Positions 25,366 through 26,302 of a stretch of DNA of 26,302 nt are shown in pieces. Position 1 is the first letter of the stretch. Each line of letters begins with the position of its first letter. The DNA is from a virus (taxonomy: Duplodnaviria > Caudoviricetes), in the IMG/VR virus record IMGVR_UViG_3300010383_000023, positions 1 to 26,302 of that record; one strand, written 5' to 3'. The notes beneath the pieces were generated by a model. The model was not told where the DNA came from. It saw only the letters and a program-made list of their open reading frames with translations, and searched no databases. A program made the position numbers and the translations under genes.

Positions 25366-25650
25366 ATGAACCTGCTACGCAAGTGGTGGGCGCCGCTCCG
25401 CGCCCGCCTGATCGATGACGCACGTCTGTGGTGGCGTTTCTGGAGCATGCGCCTGGCCGCATTCGGGGCAGTAGTCACCGCGTTGGCGCAGTGGTTTCCC
25501 GACGTCCTCTCCGCCGCGTGGAACGCCGTGCCGTCGGATATGCGGACCTATCTTCCCGCACCGTTGCTCCATTCGATCCCAGTCATCCTGTTCGTCGCCA
25601 TCATGGTTGCGCGGATTGTGGCGCAGAAGAAGGCGATGCCCGATGGGTGA
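25366..25650 (+). CDS. Putative holin (94 aa, two hydrophobic segments)
   Basis: GGAGG RBS before ATG 25366. LIDDARLWWRFWSMRL...ARIVAQ pattern. Overlaps the endolysin start. Confidence 0.7.
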   Translation: MNLLRKWWAPLRARLIDDARLWWRFWSMRLAAFGAVVTALAQWFPDVLSAAWNAVPSDMRTYLPAPLLHSIPVILFVAIMVARIVAQKKAMPDG

Positions 25651-26302
25651 AAGCGTGGACCGCTTCGTCGCAAGCGACGCCGCGGCGTACGCCGGCCGGG
25701 CGAGCAAAAGCGCCATCACCGTGGCCGTCGCGGCCATCCTTGCCGGCGTCTATGCCGTCGAGGGCGGATATGTGAACGACCAGCGCGATCCGGGCGGCGC
25801 GACGCGCTATGGCGTCACCGAGCAAGTCGCCCGCGACTATGGATATCGCGGCGACATGCGGCGATTCCCGCGGCATTGCGACGGCCCCGCGGCCGTTTGC
25901 GCCGATGCCGTCTATGTGGGCAGCTATATCGCCGCCCCCGGCTATATGCCGCTGGTGGAGATCGAACCGGCGGTTGCAAGCGAGTTGATCGATACCGCGG
26001 TCAATATGGGACCGCGGCGACCCAATCGCTGGTACCGGCAGACGATGACTGTGCTTGGCGGAGGGCCCCTCCCCGATAGCACGGCGGCGTTGGGACCCGC
26101 CGACGTGGCGGCCTATCGCCTGCTCCAGGCAAAGCTCGGCGTCGCCCCCGCCTGCATCGCGACCCTCGACGCGCTCGATGGCCGGCAAGCGGCGGAATAT
26201 CGCCGGCTGGCTGCCGCAAACCCCAGGATGCGGCCCTTCCTCAAGGGATGGCTGCACCATCGTATCGGGAACGTGGATCGCCGATCCTGCGGCAAGGGAG
26301 GT
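25643..26302 (+). CDS. Glycoside hydrolase family 108 endolysin, 3'-truncated by the window
   Basis: Hand translation from ATG 25643 is open to the window end. EGGYVNDQRDPGGATRYGVT, DTAVNMG and FLKGWLHHRI (PG_binding_3-like). Absent from the ORF track because no stop is in the window. Confidence 0.9.
   Translation, partial: MGESVDRFVASDAAAYAGRASKSAITVAVAAILAGVYAVEGGYVNDQRDPGGATRYGVTEQVARDYGYRGDMRRFPRHCDGPAAVCADAVYVGSYIAAPGYMPLVEIEPAVASELIDTAVNMGPRRPNRWYRQTMTVLGGGPLPDSTAALGPADVAAYRLLQAKLGVAPACIATLDALDGRQAAEYRRLAAANPRMRPFLKGWLHHRIGNVDRRSCGKGG

Larger units (their letters stand above)
1..26302 (+). mobile_element. Prophage (siphovirus-type) morphogenesis and lysis region
   Basis: Canonical terL-portal-protease-capsid-neck-tail-tip-fibre-lysis order. 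No att sites or integrase in the window, so the integrated state is inferred from the morons. Confidence 0.9.

Noticed and set aside
1-26302. CRISPR array, tRNA, rRNA, IS element or att site
   Set aside because: No regularly spaced repeats, cloverleaf-like sequence, transposase or integrase recognised, and intergenic gaps are short.

Overview
GC-rich, apparently intact late (virion morphogenesis and lysis) region of a long-tailed, non-contractile prophage. An alphaproteobacterial host is inferred from composition and gene content. Order on the + strand: large terminase (5'-truncated), portal, prohead protease with a long scaffold-like tail, major capsid protein with an internal insertion, head-tail joining genes, major tail protein, tail assembly chaperone with a -1 frameshift (G GGG GAA), tape measure, an RcGTA-like tail tip set (DUF2460, DUF2163, NlpC/P60, large tip protein ending in a gp38-like polyglycine domain), an SGNH-esterase tailspike, a lectin-like protein, three small membrane proteins and a GH108 endolysin (3'-truncated, missed by the ORF track). 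Seven genes sit on the - strand in four inserts (morons). Most notable: (1) an esterase tailspike next to an acyltransferase-3 plus FkbM methyltransferase cassette, a candidate paired receptor-editing system; (2) an unannotated 55-aa CxxC-hydrophobic-CxxC (LITAF-like) microprotein beside the tape measure gene; (3) a recurring leaderless promoter layout in front of the morons. All family assignments come from motif recognition by eye, not database searches.
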